A program made the position numbers and the translations under genes. Positions 9,279 through 18,806 of a stretch of 64,000 nt of DNA are shown here, in pieces. Origin of the DNA: an uncultured Candidatus Rokubacteria bacterium (lineage in GTDB: Bacteria; Methylomirabilota; Methylomirabilia; Rokubacteriales; DASRDR01); contig CAWDVE010000020.1 in assembly GCA_963805625.1 (NCBI GenBank), positions 12,521 to 76,520 of the forward strand. Reading direction: 5' to 3'. Position 1 is the first letter of the stretch; each line of letters begins with the position of its first letter. The notes under the pieces are model-generated. The model saw only the letters and a program-made list of their open reading frames with translations, was not told the DNA's origin and did not search any database.

Positions 9279-10483
9279 CCACGGCCCTGGACGCCCTGGT
9301 GGGCGGCGAGCCCGCCGACGAGGCCGTGGAGACCGCCCTGGCCACGATCCCCGCCGGCGAGCTCGAGGCGGCGCTCGGGTGGCTCGCCCGTCAGCACGGG
9401 GCGGCCGCGCTTCCCATCCTGCGTCGCTGTTTGACCGACCGCCCGGAGCGGGCGGTCGCGGCCGCGCAGGCGCTCGGTGCGCTCCCGCTTCCCGAGGCGG
9501 CCGATTTGCTCGACGCCGTTCAGACACGCGGAACGACCAAGGCGGTGCGCACGGCCGCGCGGCGGGCGCTTTACCGGCTCCGCCAGGCCGGCGTTGATCG
9601 CCGCCCGACGACCTCGCCACCCGCGACGCCTCGGATCGGGCTCGGGGAGGCGTGGGTGTCCGCGGTCGATGGCACCGGCGGCCGGGGCCTCTGGCTCACC
9701 CTCGCGGGTCCCTATGGGGAGCGAACGCTCCTCGCAGCGATGCTCTCGGACGAGACCGGCCTCATCGACTTTTCCTCGGGCGCGCTCCCGAAGAAGCGAG
9801 TTGAGGAGCGCCTTCAGGCCCTGCGCGCCGAGAGTCCCCTCCCCTGGGTGGCGGTCCCGGCGCGCTGGGCCTGGGCGACCCTCGTGGCGGCCGCGAAGCG
9901 CGTCGGCGCCGCGGGCGGCACCGTACCCGCGGAGCTCGGCCTGTGGATCGAGCGGCTCGGCACGCCCGCCGCCGAGCCGGCTCCCATCCACGCGCGGCTG
10001 CCAGCCGCGGCCGCCGAGGATCCTACCCGCCTCGAACGCTCCGCGGCCCTCCTTGCCCTCCCCGAGCTGACGGGTTGGTTCCTGGATCCGGCGAGCGTGT
10101 CGAGCGAGTCCCTGGAATGGCTCCAGGCTCGGGAGAGTCGCCTCGTCGTCAGCGACCAGATCAAGGCCGAGCGGCTCGCCGCGCTCATCGACCGGATCAT
10201 CGAGACCCGCTTCGATGCGCCCGCCCGGCGCCTCTGGCAGGGGCGCCTCGAGGACCAGGCCTACGTCCTCCTCGCGCTCGGGCAGGCGCCGGAAGCCGCG
10301 AGCGCGGTCGCGGTCGCCCGTGCGCTCGCGGACCCGGGGGAGGACCTCCGACGCATTCCCTTCCTGCGGGCGCTGGTCGAACGAAGCCTCGAGATCGCGG
10401 GCGAGGTAGCCACCGGCCGGCTCTCCTCCGAGGCGGCGAGCCGGGCGCCTCGGGCCCGGGCCGCGCCGGCCCGCGGCGGTTAG
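9272..10483 (+). CDS. Hypothetical protein, helical-repeat-like N-terminus
   Basis: Track ORF of 403 aa. It overlaps the previous stop by 7 nt. It is Ala/Leu-rich and helical. No motif recognised. Confidence 0.5.
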   Translation: MVATALDALVGGEPADEAVETALATIPAGELEAALGWLARQHGAAALPILRRCLTDRPERAVAAAQALGALPLPEAADLLDAVQTRGTTKAVRTAARRALYRLRQAGVDRRPTTSPPATPRIGLGEAWVSAVDGTGGRGLWLTLAGPYGERTLLAAMLSDETGLIDFSSGALPKKRVEERLQALRAESPLPWVAVPARWAWATLVAAAKRVGAAGGTVPAELGLWIERLGTPAAEPAPIHARLPAAAAEDPTRLERSAALLALPELTGWFLDPASVSSESLEWLQARESRLVVSDQIKAERLAALIDRIIETRFDAPARRLWQGRLEDQAYVLLALGQAPEAASAVAVARALADPGEDLRRIPFLRALVERSLEIAGEVATGRLSSEAASRAPRARAAPARGG

Positions 10484-11473
10484 GTGGGCGCTCTCACTGA
10501 TGTCGCCGGGCTCCTGGTCGGCCACGCCGCCGACCTCGTCGGACTCACCGGGTGCACCGCGGTGCTCTGCCCCGCCGGCGCGGTGGCCGCCGTGGAGGTG
10601 CGCGGTGGCGCCTCGGGTGTCCTCGGCCTCGACTTCCTGGCCCCCGGTCACATCGCCACGCGCGTCCACGGCGCCGTCCTCGCGGGAGGGAGCGCCTTCG
10701 GGCTCGAGGCGTGCTTCGGCGTCATGGCGCACCTCGAGGCACGCGGGATCGGCCTCCCCACCGCGGGCGGCGTCGTGCCGCTGGTCGTCGGGGCCATCCT
10801 CTACGACCTCGCGGTGGGAGCACGGGACGTCCGGCCCGACCGCGGCATGGGCGCACGCGCCGCAGCCCAGGCGGCGAGCGGCCCCGTCGCGGAAGGCTCG
10901 GTCGGCGCGGGCGCCGGCGCGTCCGTCGGCAAGGCGTTCGGTCTGGCGCGCGCCATGAAGGGCGGACTCGGCACGGCGAGCCGTCAGGTCGGCACGGCCA
11001 CCGTGGGGGCACTGGTCGCCGTCAACGCGTTCGGTGACGTGCGGGATCCGGCGACCGGGGCCCTCCTGGCCGGAGCGCGCGACGCCCCCGCCGGTCACCG
11101 CCTGGTGGACACGGCCCGCCAGCTCCGCGAGGGCCGCATCACCCCGGGGTTCCGCCAGACGCACACCACCATCGGCATCGTCGCCACCGACGTGCCGCTC
11201 GATGGCGCCGAGGCGCGCCGCGTGGCCGCACTCGCGCACCTCGGGCTCGCCGCGGCGCTGTCGCCTCCGCATCTCAGCGTGGACGGCGACGCCCTCTTTT
11301 GCCTCGCGACGGGTTCGGGCGCGCGCGCCGACGCGCCCTCCGCCGATACCCTCGGGCTCGTCGCGGCGGACTGCGTGGCCGAGGCCATCGTCCGAGCGAT
11401 TCGCACCGCGGCCGCGCTCGGCGGGCTGCCGGCCTGGCGCGACCTCGTCGCCGACTCGGGCCAGGACGCCTGA
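10484..11473 (+). CDS. P1/S58 (DmpA-type) family aminopeptidase
   Basis: 329 aa. LTDVAGLLVGH..LTGCTAVLCP...AVLAGGSAFGLEA...GAILYDL...TTIGIVATD matches the DmpA/L-aminopeptidase D-esterase layout. GTG start. Confidence 0.8.
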   Translation: MGALTDVAGLLVGHAADLVGLTGCTAVLCPAGAVAAVEVRGGASGVLGLDFLAPGHIATRVHGAVLAGGSAFGLEACFGVMAHLEARGIGLPTAGGVVPLVVGAILYDLAVGARDVRPDRGMGARAAAQAASGPVAEGSVGAGAGASVGKAFGLARAMKGGLGTASRQVGTATVGALVAVNAFGDVRDPATGALLAGARDAPAGHRLVDTARQLREGRITPGFRQTHTTIGIVATDVPLDGAEARRVAALAHLGLAAALSPPHLSVDGDALFCLATGSGARADAPSADTLGLVAADCVAEAIVRAIRTAAALGGLPAWRDLVADSGQDA

Positions 11474-11507
11474 GAGACAGGCGGAGGCTCGCCGCGTGGC
11501 TGGCCGC

Positions 11508-11789
11508 GTGATCCCGTTCCCATCCCGTGCCCCCGAGCCGCCGGAACCGGACAATGAGCGTGGGTTCGAGGAGCTGACCCGCGTGGGCGACCAGGCGGAG
11601 GCGCTCGTCGTCCGCGGCCTCCTCGAGGCGCATGGGATCGAGGTGCTCCTGCGCAGCCAGGTCACGCCCTCCGTCTATCCGTTCTCGGTGGGCGAGCAGG
11701 GCGCCGTCCAAGTACTCGTCCGCCGCGAGTCGCTCGCAGCGAGCCGCCTCCTCCTCGCCCGGGTCACCCCGGGCCCGTCCTTTCCGTAG
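11508..11789 (+). CDS. Small DUF2007-like (putative signal-transducing) protein
   Basis: GTG at 11508 within track ORF 11034..11789. The sequence ELTRVGDQAEALVVRGLLEAHGIEVLLRSQ...VLVRRESLAASRLLL resembles the DUF2007 fold family. Confidence 0.55.
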   Translation: MIPFPSRAPEPPEPDNERGFEELTRVGDQAEALVVRGLLEAHGIEVLLRSQVTPSVYPFSVGEQGAVQVLVRRESLAASRLLLARVTPGPSFP

Positions 11790-11818
11790 GTCCTCACTAG
11801 CCAGCATCTCCTCCCGGG

Positions 11819-12298
11819 ATGAAGTGCAAAGCGAACCGCGGATGGCGCTTTCAGCCAGCGCACCGGAGGAATGTCCTGGTGAGACCCGTGTGTGACCTTC
11901 TCGATTGGCATCTCCTGGCGATGGTCGCGCTCGTCGTCGCTCAAATGTTCCTCACCGGCCCCCGCGCCGCACTGGCACATGCGCGCTTGGTCCGCGCGAC
12001 CCCGGCCAACCAGGCAAGGCTGGCCGCACCCCCGGAACGCGTCGAGCTGTGGTTCAGCGAGCTGCTCGAGGACGGATTCAACTCGGTGGAGGTCGTCCGG
12101 GCCGCCGAGGTCACCGCGAAGCCGCGCACCAACCTGGCGCGAGACGTCCCGACGGTCGACCGCGACGACCGGACGCGCATGACGGTCCCCGTCCAGGAGC
12201 TTGGCCCGGGCGACTATGCCGTGGAATGGCGGGTGCTGTCTCGCGACGGGCACACCGCGGCCGGGCGCTTCACGTTCCGGGTGCAGACCGCGAGATGA
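11819..12298 (+). CDS. copC: CopC-domain copper resistance protein (periplasmic)
   Basis: A signal-like segment ends in ALA, followed by HARLVRATPAN. YAVEWRVLSRDGHTAAGRFTFRV is the typical CopC C-terminus. The exact start is uncertain. Confidence 0.75.
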   Translation: MKCKANRGWRFQPAHRRNVLVRPVCDLLDWHLLAMVALVVAQMFLTGPRAALAHARLVRATPANQARLAAPPERVELWFSELLEDGFNSVEVVRAAEVTAKPRTNLARDVPTVDRDDRTRMTVPVQELGPGDYAVEWRVLSRDGHTAAGRFTFRVQTAR

Positions 12299-12313
12299 GC
12301 GCGGCCTGACTCG

Positions 12314-13963
12314 ATGGAGCACTCGCTCCTCCACGCTCTCCAGCTAGCGGGGCTGATCGTCGCGCTCGGCGGTCCCATCTTCATCCTCGGACTCCTGAGT
12401 CCCGCGTGTCGGCGGCTGGGGCCGGAACCCGCACGCGAGCGCTTGGCCGGCGCCCTGTCGGACGGCGTCGCCCGCTGGGTGGCGGCCGGGGCGCTGACCG
12501 CGGGTCTAGCGACGTTCCTCGATCTCTTCGTACACGCGGCCGAGATCCAGGGACAGACGCCGTTCGGCGGCGTCGAGCTGGCGCTCGTCGGCCGCTTCGC
12601 GACGGGGACCACCTTCGGGCAGCTGGCGCTGGTGCGCATCGCCTGTCTAGTGCTGGCGGCGGCGGTGACCCGGCTGCGCGGCCCACACAGGTGGGGTGTC
12701 ATCGCCGTGCTCGGCGCCGGCGCCCTGGGGTGCACGGGCCTCACCGGTCACGCCGCTGCCCAGCCCACCGGGCGTATCCCGGCGATCGCGTCGCAGCTCG
12801 TGCACCTCGGCGCCGCGGCGGTGTGGATCGGTGTCCTCGCGCACCTCCTCGCGGCGCGAGCCACCATCACCGAGCACACGAGCTCGCCGTGTCTGGCTCT
12901 GCTCGCCGCGATCGTCCGGCGCGCCGCGCCGGTGGCCCTGGCGGCCGCGTCTCTGCTGCTCGCCTCGGGCGTCTACGCAGCGGTGCGCTATCTCCACACG
13001 CCGCTGGACCTGGTGACCTCCGCCTACGGCCTGACGCTGTCGGTCAAGATGGTAATGGTGCTCCCGGTGCTGGTGGCTGGCTCCATCAACCATCGCATCG
13101 TCCGGCCCAATCTCCTGCAGCTGGCCAGCACACCAGGGCTCGCCGCGAGTGAAGCGGTGCCGTGGGTCCAGCGCTTCGGCAGGATGCTCGAGCTCGAGGT
13201 GACGGCCGGGGTGCTGGTCGTCACGATCGCCGGCATCGTCGGATCGATCTCCCCGCCCGGCGGGGACGGCTCGCTGCGGCTGACGCCGCGGCAGCTCGAC
13301 GCGGTGCTGACACCGGTGTTGCCGCGCACGACGCTGGTCGACCCGTCGCACTTCGTGGGGGCCGCCACGCGCACGACCGAGGACCTGCGCTATGCCGAGC
13401 TCATGCACAACTGGTCCGGCGTCTTTGTCATGGCGCTCGGACTACTCTGGCTCGCGCAGGGCCTCGGCGGGCGCAGCGGGAGGTTGGCAGCACGGGTGTG
13501 GCCGCTCCTGCTGGTGCCGCTCGCGGTGTTCATCGCCATCTTTGCCGATCCTGAGGTGTGGGTGCTGCGCGCCGTCACCTTTCGCGAGGCGATCGGTGAT
13601 CCGAGCGTCGTCGAGCACCAGATCGGCGCGGTGCTCGTGCTGGTGCTGGCCTGGCTCGGCTGGCGCGACCGGCGGCGTCCGCCACGCGAGCGGCCACTGG
13701 GGCCGGCGCTGCCCGTCCTGATGATCGCGGGGAGTCTACTGTTGCTAGGCCACGCCCACGCCGGCGTGCGGTCGACGGAGGAGCTCGGCACGCTGATCAA
13801 CGTGCAGCACGGCGTGCTCGGCGCCCTCGGGCTGCTCGCCGGCACGGTGCGCTGGCTGAGCCTGCGCGGGATCTTCCCCGAGCGTCCCGCCGGGATCCTC
13901 TGGCCGCTACTCGTAACGGCGCTCGGGCTCTTCCTGACCTTCTGCTACCGCGAGATCACGTGA
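12314..13963 (+). CDS. copD: CopD-family copper resistance membrane protein with an extra C-terminal polytopic His-rich domain
   Basis: 549 aa and multi-TM, lying directly after copC. The N-terminal two thirds are CopD-like. The C-terminal third carries conserved-looking HNWSG, VEH, GHAH and QH motifs. Confidence 0.8.
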   Translation: MEHSLLHALQLAGLIVALGGPIFILGLLSPACRRLGPEPARERLAGALSDGVARWVAAGALTAGLATFLDLFVHAAEIQGQTPFGGVELALVGRFATGTTFGQLALVRIACLVLAAAVTRLRGPHRWGVIAVLGAGALGCTGLTGHAAAQPTGRIPAIASQLVHLGAAAVWIGVLAHLLAARATITEHTSSPCLALLAAIVRRAAPVALAAASLLLASGVYAAVRYLHTPLDLVTSAYGLTLSVKMVMVLPVLVAGSINHRIVRPNLLQLASTPGLAASEAVPWVQRFGRMLELEVTAGVLVVTIAGIVGSISPPGGDGSLRLTPRQLDAVLTPVLPRTTLVDPSHFVGAATRTTEDLRYAELMHNWSGVFVMALGLLWLAQGLGGRSGRLAARVWPLLLVPLAVFIAIFADPEVWVLRAVTFREAIGDPSVVEHQIGAVLVLVLAWLGWRDRRRPPRERPLGPALPVLMIAGSLLLLGHAHAGVRSTEELGTLINVQHGVLGALGLLAGTVRWLSLRGIFPERPAGILWPLLVTALGLFLTFCYREIT

Positions 13964-14030
13964 CGTCATGATCCGGACCAGCACCGGCTGTAAACCGCGT
14001 GCCGAGCGAGGACCTCGCGCCGGACCGACT

Positions 14031-15002
14031 TCACCCGGCACCGCCGTCGAGGGTCCGCACGAGGGCCTCGAGCGCCTGCTCCACAGCGGCCAGCGTCGGT
14101 AGCTCGAGCGTCTCCGGGAGGTCGTGGACGGTGTGATAGGTCGTGAAGGGTGACGGGCGGCGGGCGGGCGGAATCAGGATGCCGCGCACGCCGCCGTAGA
14201 TGAACGCCCGCAAGGCTTCCATCGCTGCCTGCGGGACGGCCGTCAGCCCGACGCCCGGCACGCCCCGGTCGGCGAACGGCCGGTGATCGCTCGCGAAGAA
14301 GGGCACCGGCGCGGCGAGGTGATACGTCTCGTCCCGGCGGTAGCCGAGGGCCTCCACGACCGCGATGAAGGCGCGGACGAGCGGCGTCCCCTCGAGCGCG
14401 GGCGTCACGTCCCAGAGCGCAAGGCTGTCTCCGATGCCGCAGAGCTCGAGGCTCACCACCCCGATGAGGTCTCCCGGGTAAGTCCGTCGCGCGTACACGC
14501 GTGAGCCCAGCATCGCGCGCTCCTCGCCTCCGAAGAAGGCGAGCCGCACGCGGAGCCGGCGCGGCGGATCGGCGACGAGCCGGGCGCCGAGAGCCCGCAG
14601 GATGCCCACGGCCGCGGCGTTGTCGTTGGCGCCGGGACTGCCCGGGACGGCATCGTGATGGGCCGCGAGCATGAGCGTCCGGGGTCCGCGCCCGAGATCC
14701 ACGAGGAGATTGACCCCCGCGCCTTCGATCGTTCGATACGGATGGCGGCGGACCGGCAGGCCGGTCGCGAGCAGCACGGCCTCGGTCAGCTGGACCCGCT
14801 CCCGGTTGGACCGCCACGCGAGGAGGTTCGCCATGTCGCGCGGCGTGGCCGCGGACAGCCGGCGATACTCGGGGAGGTCGAGCAGGGGCGCCGAGGGCCG
14901 GTCCCTGCGGCGGTTCATGAGCCGCGCGGCCGTGACGTTCAGGGCGCCGCCCACGGCGCGGCGAAGGCCCAGCCGCCAGCGCCGCGCGCGCTCCGACGTC
15001 AC
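14031..15002 (-). CDS. M28 family metallopeptidase
   Basis: Part of track ORF 14031..15416. LMLAAHHDAVPGSPGANDNAAAVGIL and RLAFFGGEE are zinc-ligand motifs. The GTG start at 15002 overlaps the tatD stop (GTGA). An internal ATG is an alternative start. Confidence 0.75.
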   Translation of the reverse strand: MTSERARRWRLGLRRAVGGALNVTAARLMNRRRDRPSAPLLDLPEYRRLSAATPRDMANLLAWRSNRERVQLTEAVLLATGLPVRRHPYRTIEGAGVNLLVDLGRGPRTLMLAAHHDAVPGSPGANDNAAAVGILRALGARLVADPPRRLRVRLAFFGGEERAMLGSRVYARRTYPGDLIGVVSLELCGIGDSLALWDVTPALEGTPLVRAFIAVVEALGYRRDETYHLAAPVPFFASDHRPFADRGVPGVGLTAVPQAAMEALRAFIYGGVRGILIPPARRPSPFTTYHTVHDLPETLELPTLAAVEQALEALVRTLDGGAG

Positions 15003-15805
15003 GCGGAGGACGCCAGCGGGCCGGGCCGGAGCGGCGGAAGCGCAAGGAGGCGCGCGGCGTTCGCGCTCGTCGCCGCTGCCAGCGTCCCGATCGGCACGCC
15101 CAGGAGCTCCGCCACGCGCGCGGCGGTAACCGGCAAGTATGCCGGCTCGTTGCGCTGACCGCGCCAGGGCTGGGGCGGAAGGTACGGGCAATCCGTCTCG
15201 ACCACGAGACGGTCGAGCGGGAGCGCCCGCACCACCTCGGCGAGCCGGCGCGCGCTCGGGTAGGTCACCGGGCCCGCGATCGAGATCAGGAGCCCGAGGC
15301 CGAGGCCGCGCCGCGCCACCTCGAGGTTTCCCGAGAAGCAGTGAAGGATCCCGCCGACTCTGGCGACCCCCTCGGCCTCGCAGACGTCGAGGAGATCCGT
15401 GTGCGCCTCCCGGCAATGGAGCAGGACGGGTTTCCCGACGGCCCGCGCCAGCCGGAGCTGGGCGACGAGCGCGGTCCGCTGGGTGGCCCGGGGCGAGAGG
15501 TCGCGGTAGTAGTCGAGCCCGATCTCGCCGATCGCGACGACCCGCGGCGCGCGCGCGAGCGCGGCGATCCGCTCGAGGCTCGCCTGATCCGCCGTGCTGG
15601 CGTCGTGCGGATGGATGCCGACGGCGGCATATATGTCGGGCTCCGCCGCGGCGAGGGCGGCCGCCGCCACGGAGGTGCCCTCGTCCGTCCCGATCGTGAG
15701 GAAGCCCGCCACGCCGGCCGTCCGCGCCCGCGCGAGCACGGGGGCCCGGTCGGCGTCGAACGCGGGGTCGTGGAGGTGGGCGTGCGTGTCGAACAGCACG
15801 GTCAC
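14999..15805 (-). CDS. tatD: TatD family metal-dependent hydrolase
   Basis: C-terminal 268 aa of track ORF 14999..16753. VLFDTHAHLHD, AIGEIGLDYY, LHCREAH, ILHCFSG and VVETDCPYL are present. The GTG start at 15805 overlaps the upstream stop. Confidence 0.9.
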   Translation of the reverse strand: MTVLFDTHAHLHDPAFDADRAPVLARARTAGVAGFLTIGTDEGTSVAAAALAAAEPDIYAAVGIHPHDASTADQASLERIAALARAPRVVAIGEIGLDYYRDLSPRATQRTALVAQLRLARAVGKPVLLHCREAHTDLLDVCEAEGVARVGGILHCFSGNLEVARRGLGLGLLISIAGPVTYPSARRLAEVVRALPLDRLVVETDCPYLPPQPWRGQRNEPAYLPVTAARVAELLGVPIGTLAAATSANAARLLALPPLRPGPLASSA

Positions 15806-16836
15806 CCGTCGACGCGGAAGCGGAGGCGGCCGATCAGCTGGCCGGAGGCCGTCACCACGTCCACCGTCCAGCGGCCCTGGGCATCGGGCGGGAAGTCCGT
15901 CTTCCGGGAGTAGGTGCGGAAGCCGCCCCGCCGGCCGCCCTGCACCGGCGTGGTGAGCCGCACCGTCGAGACCACGCGCCCCTCGTGGCGCCATCGGTGC
16001 TCGATCGCCTGGTGCAGGGCCGCGGGTGCCGCGACCGGCGTGAACGCGGTCAGCCCGCCCCACGCGCGGAGCTCGGTCATGGAGACCCGCGCCACCGGCT
16101 CGACCGGTTCCAGGTCGGCCACGGTGCGGGCAAGCGTGGGGTGGACCAGGCTCACCGGCGCGGGCGGCACGGCCGGCCGCGCAATCCACGCCGCCCCGAC
16201 GGCCAGCAGGGCGACCGTGGCCGCCCGCGCGGCGGCGGGCCCCCAGCGGCCCGCGCGCCGGAAGAACGTCGGCGTCAGACCGAGGGCCCCGAGGGCGGCG
16301 CTCAGGACCACCGCGCCCGCCGGCGGGACGCCCACGAGCGGAAGCGCTACGTTGAGCCCCGCGAAGAGCGAGAAGCCGAAGAAGGTGAGGCCGAGCCACG
16401 GCCGCGGGTGCACCACCGCGCGGTACCAGGGATCGACCGTGGTCAGGAGGGCCGCCGCCGCCAGCACCGCGAAGAACCCGACCGTGATGCCGTCGAACGT
16501 CGTGCTCGCGAAGTAGCCCGGGAGGACGAACAGGAGGAGCCCGTGGTAGAGGGTCTGAATCGTGTAGTCGCCGGCGGCGACGACCAGACGTCGCCCTCCG
16601 GCCAGGAGCGCGTCGCGGGTCTGGCTCAGCACGGCGAAGAGGAGCCAGAGGCCCAGGACGTAGCCGATGATCCAGTTCACGTGCGGCACCCCGCGCCGGA
16701 AGATCAGCAGCGTCACGAGGCCCGAGGCGAGCGACGCGAGCGAGATCCCCCACCGACGGAGGAACGTCCGCCAGGTGCCCCCGTCCGCCAGGGCGATCGT
16801 GCGCTGTCGGAGTAGCGGGTCCACCGAGCTGGACAC
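15802..16836 (-). CDS. Polytopic membrane protein with a DUF2914-like C-terminal domain
   Basis: 344 aa. There are six or more TM helices, then a soluble C-terminus GGRRGGFRTYSRKTDFPPDAQGRWTVDVVTASGQLIGRLRF typical of DUF2914. Confidence 0.6.
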   Translation of the reverse strand: MSSSVDPLLRQRTIALADGGTWRTFLRRWGISLASLASGLVTLLIFRRGVPHVNWIIGYVLGLWLLFAVLSQTRDALLAGGRRLVVAAGDYTIQTLYHGLLLFVLPGYFASTTFDGITVGFFAVLAAAALLTTVDPWYRAVVHPRPWLGLTFFGFSLFAGLNVALPLVGVPPAGAVVLSAALGALGLTPTFFRRAGRWGPAAARAATVALLAVGAAWIARPAVPPAPVSLVHPTLARTVADLEPVEPVARVSMTELRAWGGLTAFTPVAAPAALHQAIEHRWRHEGRVVSTVRLTTPVQGGRRGGFRTYSRKTDFPPDAQGRWTVDVVTASGQLIGRLRFRVDG

Positions 16837-16853
16837 GGGAGCGCGCGCGGGAT

Positions 16854-18806
16854 CTAGCGGACCTTCGCGCCAGACGGAAGGTCCCGGTCGAGGGCGAGGA
16901 GCGCGAGCGCCTCGCCCGCCGAGCCGGCGAGCACCATGCCGTTCGAGGTCACGCCCATGAGCGTCGCCGGCTCGAGGTTCGCGACCACGACGATCTTCCG
17001 GCCGACGAGCGCCTCGGGCCGGTAGTGCTCGGCGATCCCGGCGACCAGCGTCCGCGTCTCCTCGCCGAGCCGAACGGTCAGCTTGAGGAGCTTCTTCGAC
17101 TTCGGCACCGCTTCTGCCGCAACGACCTCGGCGACCCGGAGGTCCAGGCGCTTGAAGTCGTCGATCGTGATGCGCGCGGTCGAGCTCTCGGCAGGCGCTG
17201 TCGCTGCGGCCGCCCCGCCCGCTGCTGCAGGGGCTTTGGTGTCGACCCGCGGGAAGAGTCCGGACAGGCGCTCAACCGGACCCGGTCCGACGCTGCGCCC
17301 CATCACCGCGTTTGCCAGCACCGGGCGACGCGTGTCTCCAACTGCCGCCCGGATTCGGGCGGCCGCCTCCGGCACGAAGGGCTCGAGAACGATGCCGAGA
17401 TACCGGAGCGAGTCGGCGAGCGTCGCCAGGACGGCCGCCAGCCGAGGCTGCTGCGCCGGGTCCTTGGCGAGCGCCCACGGCCGCGCGGCATCGATGTACC
17501 GATTCACCGCGCCGATGAAGCTCCAGATCGAAACCAGAGCCGCGTGGATCACGAAGTCGTCCATCGCGGCCGTGAGCACGTCTGTCGTCTCGCCGGCCCG
17601 CCCGACGATCTCCTCCTCCGCCGCCCCCGGCACGGGCGTCGCCTCCGCGACCCGCCGACCGAAGTTCACCAGCATCGTTGTCGCGCGCGAGGCCAGGTTG
17701 CCGAGGTCGTTGGCGAGATCCGCATTGAGCCGCTCGACGAGCGCCTCCTCCGAGAAGTTCGCGTCCTGGCCGAACGGCATCTCCCGGAGGACGAAGTAGC
17801 GGAAAGCGTCGTTGCCGTACTTCCGGGTGAGCGCGAGGGCCTCGACGACGTTGCCGACGCTCTTCGAGATCTTCCCGCCGCCGAGCGTCCAGTACCCGTG
17901 GACACGTAGCCGCGCGAAGCCGGGCAAGCTGACGCTGCCCGAGGCCCCGTCGCGGAGCAGCCCGGCCGCCTTCAGCATGCAGGGCCAGTAGATCCCGTGG
18001 GGCTTGAGGATGTCCTTGCCGATCAGGTGGTGGACGTGCGGCCAGTATCGCCGGAACCGGTCGCCGCCCGGCTCGCCCAGCGCGGACACGTAGTTGAGGA
18101 GCGCGTCGAACCAGACGTAGGTCACGAACCGGTCGTCGAACGGGAGCGGAATGCCCCACTGGAGCCGGCTCTTCGGGCGGCTGATCGACAGGTCCTGGAG
18201 CGGCTCCCGTAGGAAGCCCAGGAGTTCGTTCCGGTAACGCTCGGGCTGGACGACCTCCGGCTGGTCCTCGAGATAGCCGCGGAGCCAGTTCTGGTACACC
18301 GACATCCGAAAGAAGTAGTTCTCCTCCTCGATGTAGGTCAGCGGGGTCTGGTGGTCGGGGCACTTGCCGTCGACGATCTCCTTGTCCGTGTAGAAGCGCT
18401 CGCACCCGAAGCAGTACTGCCCGCCGTACTTGCCGAAGTAGATCTCGCCCTTCTCGAAGAGCCGCTGCAGGATGGCCTGGACCACGCGCGCGTGCCGCGG
18501 CTCGGTCGTCCGGATGAAGTCGTCGTGGGTGATTCCGAGCGCCGTCCACTGTTCCTGGAACGCCTTCGAGTTGCGGTCGGCGAGGGCCTGGGGCGCCTCC
18601 CCGGCCTTCGCGGCTGCCTGGGCGATCTTGTCCCCGTGCTCGTCGGTGCCCGTCAGGAAGAAGACGTCGTCGCCCGCGAGGCGGCGGTAGCGGGCCATCG
18701 TGTCGGCCACGATCGTCGTGTAGGCGTGGCCGAGATGGGGCGGGCCGTTGATGTAGTAGATCGGCGTGGTGAGGTAGAGCACGCCGTCAGGGGAGCGGCT
18801 TGACAT
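16854..18806 (-). CDS. metG: Methionine--tRNA ligase with a C-terminal tRNA-binding (Trbp111/EMAP-like) domain
   Basis: 650 aa. HLGHAYTT (HIGH), a KISKSVGN (KMSKS-like) motif, and a C-terminal ITIDDFKRLDLRVAEV...VANLEP domain. Confidence 0.95.
   Translation of the reverse strand: MSSRSPDGVLYLTTPIYYINGPPHLGHAYTTIVADTMARYRRLAGDDVFFLTGTDEHGDKIAQAAAKAGEAPQALADRNSKAFQEQWTALGITHDDFIRTTEPRHARVVQAILQRLFEKGEIYFGKYGGQYCFGCERFYTDKEIVDGKCPDHQTPLTYIEEENYFFRMSVYQNWLRGYLEDQPEVVQPERYRNELLGFLREPLQDLSISRPKSRLQWGIPLPFDDRFVTYVWFDALLNYVSALGEPGGDRFRRYWPHVHHLIGKDILKPHGIYWPCMLKAAGLLRDGASGSVSLPGFARLRVHGYWTLGGGKISKSVGNVVEALALTRKYGNDAFRYFVLREMPFGQDANFSEEALVERLNADLANDLGNLASRATTMLVNFGRRVAEATPVPGAAEEEIVGRAGETTDVLTAAMDDFVIHAALVSIWSFIGAVNRYIDAARPWALAKDPAQQPRLAAVLATLADSLRYLGIVLEPFVPEAAARIRAAVGDTRRPVLANAVMGRSVGPGPVERLSGLFPRVDTKAPAAAGGAAAATAPAESSTARITIDDFKRLDLRVAEVVAAEAVPKSKKLLKLTVRLGEETRTLVAGIAEHYRPEALVGRKIVVVANLEPATLMGVTSNGMVLAGSAGEALALLALDRDLPSGAKVR

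Noticed and set aside
9197-11665. 822-aa minus-strand ORF, the longest in the region
   Set aside because: It is Arg/Gly/Pro-rich with no motifs. It is antisense to three + strand genes, including a recognisable DmpA-type peptidase.
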